This document shows positions 58,081 to 64,000 of a stretch of 64,000 bases of DNA, piece after piece (position 1 is the stretch's first letter; each line of letters opens with the position of its first letter). The translations under genes were made by a program, and so were the position numbers. The stretch is from Macrostomum lignano. Its lineage: Eukaryota. A model generated the notes under the pieces. It saw only the letters and a program-made list of their open reading frames with translations. It did no database searches and was not told the DNA's origin. The stretch lies in contig NIVC01001124.1 in assembly GCA_002269645.1 (NCBI GenBank), positions 256,850 to 320,849 on the forward strand, given 5' to 3'.

Positions 58081-58846
58081 GAAGAATGGCACCGCCGATC
58101 AAATCCGGGGCGTTGGCGCCGGTCAGCGGCAGTCGACGAAACACCGAGTGCACGACTGTCCTCGCAGTTAATGTGGCTGCAGGGTCAGGTAGTGACACCT
58201 CTTGCACCAGCTGCGGGCAGTACGACTCGGCGCGGATGATGCGGTCTGCCAGCTGGAGTTACTGTCGATGCAAACATGTAGTGATCAGCCTTGGTGCAAG
58301 GCAAAATGAAGACTGCGAATGAGATAGGGCTTTAAAAATTCAGGTATTACGAGCCCCATAAAAAGTGCAAACCGACCAAGCTTGAGCTTATTGTACTTCA
58401 ACCGCCGGGTACGAACATCAGGGTTGACAATCATCTTCTCCGACCCATCCCAATGGTCCTTCCTTTTCACCCATCTACGGTCTGGCTCGCCAACGAGATC
58501 GCTAAAAACTTTGATAAACTACAAAATAAACCAGGCTCTCGCATACTGCCCGCATTTACACGGCAACGTAATTTACAGAGCCTCCTGGCTCCCAATAAGT
58601 TTAAGTGTCAGCCAGGAAACCATTGAATCATTTTAACCAATGCGCTCACTTTACCCTATTGAAGTACAATATTTATTCACTTTGTCATTTATTTTATCCA
58701 AACTACTTTATTTTACGCACAAATATCGATTTTTATGCTCCTACCTTCAATACCGGCATTTCATCTAATCGTATAGCTATAGCACTTCGAAAAAAAACAA
58801 TTTTTATATACTAAATATACCGTCGATTAGAATGAATGGTGAAAAG

Positions 58847-60108
<1,262 letters not shown>

Positions 60109-60112
<4 letters not shown>

Positions 60113-62299
60113 CTGACTACTGTAGGCCTCCCAAACTGGAAGGCAACATTTTAAATCTACACCCCACCTTCAAACTCTCCGAGTCTGAGACGAGGCTGCT
60201 AGATAAGGGACTCAATTTTATCCCAACCCAAGCCCTTGATTTCGATGAGTTGAGGAACTGCGTGACGGAATTTCATCGTAAACTTTTCTGGAAAGACTTT
60301 TTCAAAAAGAGGGGTCTCGCCAATACCAGCCCGCCCCCCTTCACCGGGAAATCAGGGAAGGAGGTTCCCCTCAGACTTAGAAGGGATGAGTGCAACTTGC
60401 TGGTACTTGAGAACCAAAATCTGGTAGAGAATTTGACAACGGGACAGATCAAAGGCAACCTAGAGGCACCAGAGACCAGGGCGATTCAGAGGCTCAAGCG
60501 AAACAGCTCCGTCCTTATAAAAAAGGTGGACAAAGGCAACGCAGTGGTCATCATGCACCCTAAGGACTACGAATTTGCAGCCTACAACCAACTGTTTGAC
60601 ACTGATGCCTATCAACAGCTGGACCAGCCATTGCAACCCGTGACTGCGGAACTTATTAGGGGGATCTTCCTCAATTTATGTAACAGAAAGTTCATATCTA
60701 AGAAACAGTGTGCATTTCTTTGTCCCGGAGAGAACTTCCGTCCCCGGCATTTCTACCTGCTCCCAAAAATTCACAAGGACCCGGCCACCTGGCTGATCCC
60801 CTTTCGGGTCCCAGCAGGCAGACCTATTGTGAGCGGATGTAGTTCTGAAGCAATTGGGGCAGAAAAGTACATAGACTTCTTTCTAAAACCGATTGCCCAA
60901 GCGCAACCCACTTTCATTAAGGACTCCTATGACTTCAAGGCACACCTTATGGATAAAAGCTGCACGGAAGGTTCGACTCTGGCAACCTGTGATGTCCAGA
61001 GTCTGTACTCCATGATCCCAATAGATCAGGGCATTGCAGCGATCCAGGAATTCTTTAACCGATACCCGGATCCCATTAGACCGGATGCTGAGATAATAAA
61101 GCTACTGGAACTATGTTTGTACAGGAATGACTTCGAATTTGACAAAATGATTTTCCTACAACTTAGAGGTACAGCCATGGGGCGCATATTTGCGCCCAGC
61201 TATGCCTGTCTCTTCATGAGCCTCTGGGAGGAAACTGCCCTGAGAACTGCTCTTTATAAGCCGAACATCTATTTTAGGTACATAGATGATATCTTCATTC
61301 ACTGGGACCACCCGGCTGAAACTCTGACAGAATTTGTTGTACACCTAAATTCAATCAACCCCAACATCAAACTCACCGTCAGCTCCTCATCAACTGAGGT
61401 CAGTTTCCTTGACATGACCATCAGGAAAGCTGAAAACCGCTTCACAACACAATTGTTTTCAAAAGAAACAGACACTCATAGATTGTTGCACCGACAGTCC
61501 TTCCATCCGTCACACACCTTCAAGGGGTAGTAAAATCCCAAATCCTTCGGTACGCTCGTATCTGTGATGACTACAAGTCTTTCAACGATGCTTTCAATTC
61601 TTTAAAATCGGAACTCAAGCAATTAGGCTACTCGAAGATTTTTCTTAGAAACTGCAAAAAGGATGTCCTCATACTTATGAACTGGACTGCAGGACCAACG
61701 ACCAATCTGGGTCTGCTTCCCAAAGGGTTCCATCCCTGTGGGTCATCCCGTGCAAATGCTGCACTCACTCACCGCCTGCTCTCTCCGCCCAGGGACTGAA
61801 ACCGGCTTCCGGTTTTTTAATCTCTCAGAGCCTGTCCTGTGGCTCCAAGAACATCATCTATGGCATCTCCTGCAACCAGTGCCACCCTGGGAAAATCTTC
61901 TATGTAGGGATGACTAGAAGAACAATGAGAGATAGAATGAACCAGCACAGGTCAAATATTAACAGGAGAGTCGTAACTTCGGGGTCAGAGCATTTTCTCA
62001 CCCCCAATCACTCGATTGCAAACTTTGTCTCCATTGCTATCGAACAAGTTCTTAATAACAACAAAATCGAACTAAGGGAAGAAATCTGGATTAAAAAACT
62101 GGGGACTGACAAACCGCCAGGTACGAACATCAGGGTCGACAATCATCTTCTCCGACCCATCCCAATGGTCCTTCCTTTTCACCCATCTACGGTCTGGCTC
62201 GCCAACGAGATTGCTAAAAACTTTGATAAACTACAAAATAAACCAGGCTCCCGCATTTACACGGCAACGAAATTTACAGAGCCTCCTGGCTCCCAATAA
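60109..62299 (+). CDS. PLE reverse transcriptase - zinc finger - GIY-YIG endonuclease, with frameshifts near 61525, 61752 and 61815
   Basis: LLDKGLNFIPT, KKVDKG, FYLLPKIHK, GRPIVS, GTAMG...APSYA, YFRYIDD, VSFLD, HPSHTFKG(V)VKSQILRYARIC; IIYGISCNQC...FYVGMTRRTMRDRMNQH...REEIWIKKL. Confidence 0.9.
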
Positions 62300-62551
62300 G
62301 TTTAAGTGTCAGCCAGGAAACCATTGCATCATTTTAACCAATGCGCTCACTTTACCCTATTGAAGTACAATATTTATTCACTTTGTCATTTATTTTATCC
62401 AAACTACTTAATTGTACGCACAAATCGATTTTTATGCTCGTACCCTCAATACCGGCATTTCATCTAATCGACAATCGTATAGTACTTCGAAAAAAAAACA
62501 TTTTTATATAATAAATATACTGTCGATTGAAATGAATGGTGAAAAGCCTCT

Positions 62552-63372
62552 AGGTCTCATCTTCCATTCGGACAGCCAAGCTGCCTTGCACGCCATCAGT
62601 GGCTGCAGCACAACTCTGCTACAGTCCTCGACTGTATCAAACTCCTCAACGTGTTGGGTTCCACCAACAAAATTACCCTTAAGTGGGTTCCGGGGCATGT
62701 GGGGATCCGAGGAAATGAGTTGGCTGACACCCTTGCAAAAGTTGGTGCCTCCGGCTCCTCTCTCGGTTCCGAACCCCTTGTCCCGATTCCTGGCTGTGTC
62801 ATCGACTCGCGCATCAAAGCGTGGATCAGGACTCAGCACCGCTCGACTTGGGCGAACTGCACTACCTGCAGGCAATCCAGAGGCGCTGTCCCTCAGCCCT
62901 CTCACCAGCTCCGGAAGCTCCTCTTGTGCCTCTCGCGCAGAACATCCGGGCTGCCACCATGACCCTCTCTGGTCACGGCTGTTTCTCCAGGCACCAGTAC
63001 CTGCAGGGCAACGCCACAACGCTACCTGTAGTTTCTGCAACTCAGGTGACGAAACCGCTGAGCATTTCGTCAGCATCTGTCCCGCCTTCACGCGGGCCAG
63101 ACTCACTTACCTCGGGCCACACACATCTATTACTGAAGCGTGCAAACCCGAAAACTTTAATCAGCTCATGCGCTACCTTCGGGCCACCCGCAGGGCTGAA
63201 CTCTCCTTTCCAGAGAGCACTATAGCTGCTGGCGACACTGGGGACCTCCCTGGGCGGCGCCAACCCTCCGTCCATAGCGACGCGTCGGCCGTTCAGGGAC
63301 TAGCGGAATGGGCGCCCGCGCCTTCCCGCTGTGTCCCCTCCGGGACAGCCCTGCAGCTAAGTCAAGTAAGTC
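62552..63372 (+). mobile_element. 5'-truncated RNase H + Cys/His-knuckle LINE inserted into the PLE 3' repeat
   Basis: IFHSDSQAAL, WVPGHVGIRGNELADTLAK, LSGHGCFSRH, CSFCNSGDETAEHFVSICP; apparent 9-bp TSD AAAGCCTCT (62543-62551, 63373-63381). Confidence 0.9.
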
Positions 63373-63510
63373 AAAGCCTCTGGGACAAGTTAGAGCTAGG
63401 CAAAACAGGGTTTTAAATGTACATCCCTCATAGGTACAACTACTCATCAATTTTATCAGACTAAGAAAAATAATGCTTAAAAGACCAACTTGCTTGCATT
63501 ACACACAGAT

Positions 63511-63556
63511 TTTTGGCCTGACGAAGAGCCTAGAGGCATGAAACCGGTCGCCTATT
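63511..63556 (+). ncRNA. Minimal type I hammerhead ribozyme of the PLE
   Basis: GGC-CTGACGA (63518-63524)-stem II GCC TAGA GGC-GAAAC (63540-63544)-CG-GTC (63547-63549)-GCC; palindromic ACCGGT in stem III. Confidence 0.8.
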
Positions 63557-63592
63557 TTCTAAAATAATATTTTAATACGCCGTGACCTCTCT

Positions 63593-63708
<116 letters not shown>

Positions 63709-63710
63709 GC

Positions 63711-64000
63711 ATGCGCGTGGGATCTGCTTCCGCTGCGAGTTTTCAGAAACCGTTCAGGTACGCGGAGGTGTTATCGGCAGGCTAAGATCTGTCAAAGTTA
63801 AAACTGGGCTAAGTTTGTTTTATTATTTCTAGTTTCTAGGGCAGTTCATTCGGTTAAGACTCTAATTTTTCTTCTCTTATCTAAATTAGCATTTAGACCG
63901 ACCCAAGGACGATATTTGATAGACAAATCCGAAGCAATTGTTAATCTCTGGGCCCTTGGCTTACTCCTACCTTACTACGAGTATATGCCGATTCGTTTCT
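63711..64000 (+). CDS. Start of a spliced ORF (63711-63757 + 63897->64000), 3'-partial; possibly ORF1 of the next PLE unit
   Basis: ATG directly after (TC)n; AG|GTACGC donor; pyrimidine-rich acceptor ATTTAG; in-frame MRVGSASAASFQKPFR-PTQGRYLIDKSEAIVNLWALG... open to the window end. Confidence 0.45.

Noticed and set aside
62412-63416. 334-aa ORF spanning the PLE 3' UTR and the inserted LINE
   Set aside because: Chance read-through across the insertion junction and across a LINE frameshift; not a single gene.

Overview
Eukaryotic animal genomic DNA. The GC-rich exons and satellite-filled introns resemble a flatworm such as Macrostomum, but the organism is inferred, not shown. In order, the window holds: (1) the 3' end of a coiled-coil gene; (2) a truncated 5S rRNA copy; (3) an intronless heat-inducible HSP70 with two perfect HSE blocks, a TATA box and a 1-bp homopolymer frameshift; (4) a complete 21-exon non-muscle myosin II heavy chain gene (8740-53875, 2010 aa, all exon phases hand-checked), most of whose larger introns carry their own tandem repeat; (5) two 5'-truncated RNase H LINEs; (6) a Penelope-like element (PLE). 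Myosin intron 5 is a 15.4-kb U12-type intron containing a ~650-bp tandem array in which each unit carries a phase-1/phase-1 exon with strong U2 splice sites. The PLE is the most unusual feature. Upstream of RT/GIY-YIG lies an ORF starting with the C-terminal half of an AlkB-type 2OG-Fe(II) dioxygenase. It is joined to the RT frame by an in-phase U_UUA_AAC -1 frameshift heptamer placed directly before its stop codon. The 3' repeat carries a minimal hammerhead ribozyme followed by a spliced ORF start. A 1.35-kb CpG-free island with a tRNA-like relic lies in myosin intron 1. All calls come from reading the sequence by eye; no searches were run.
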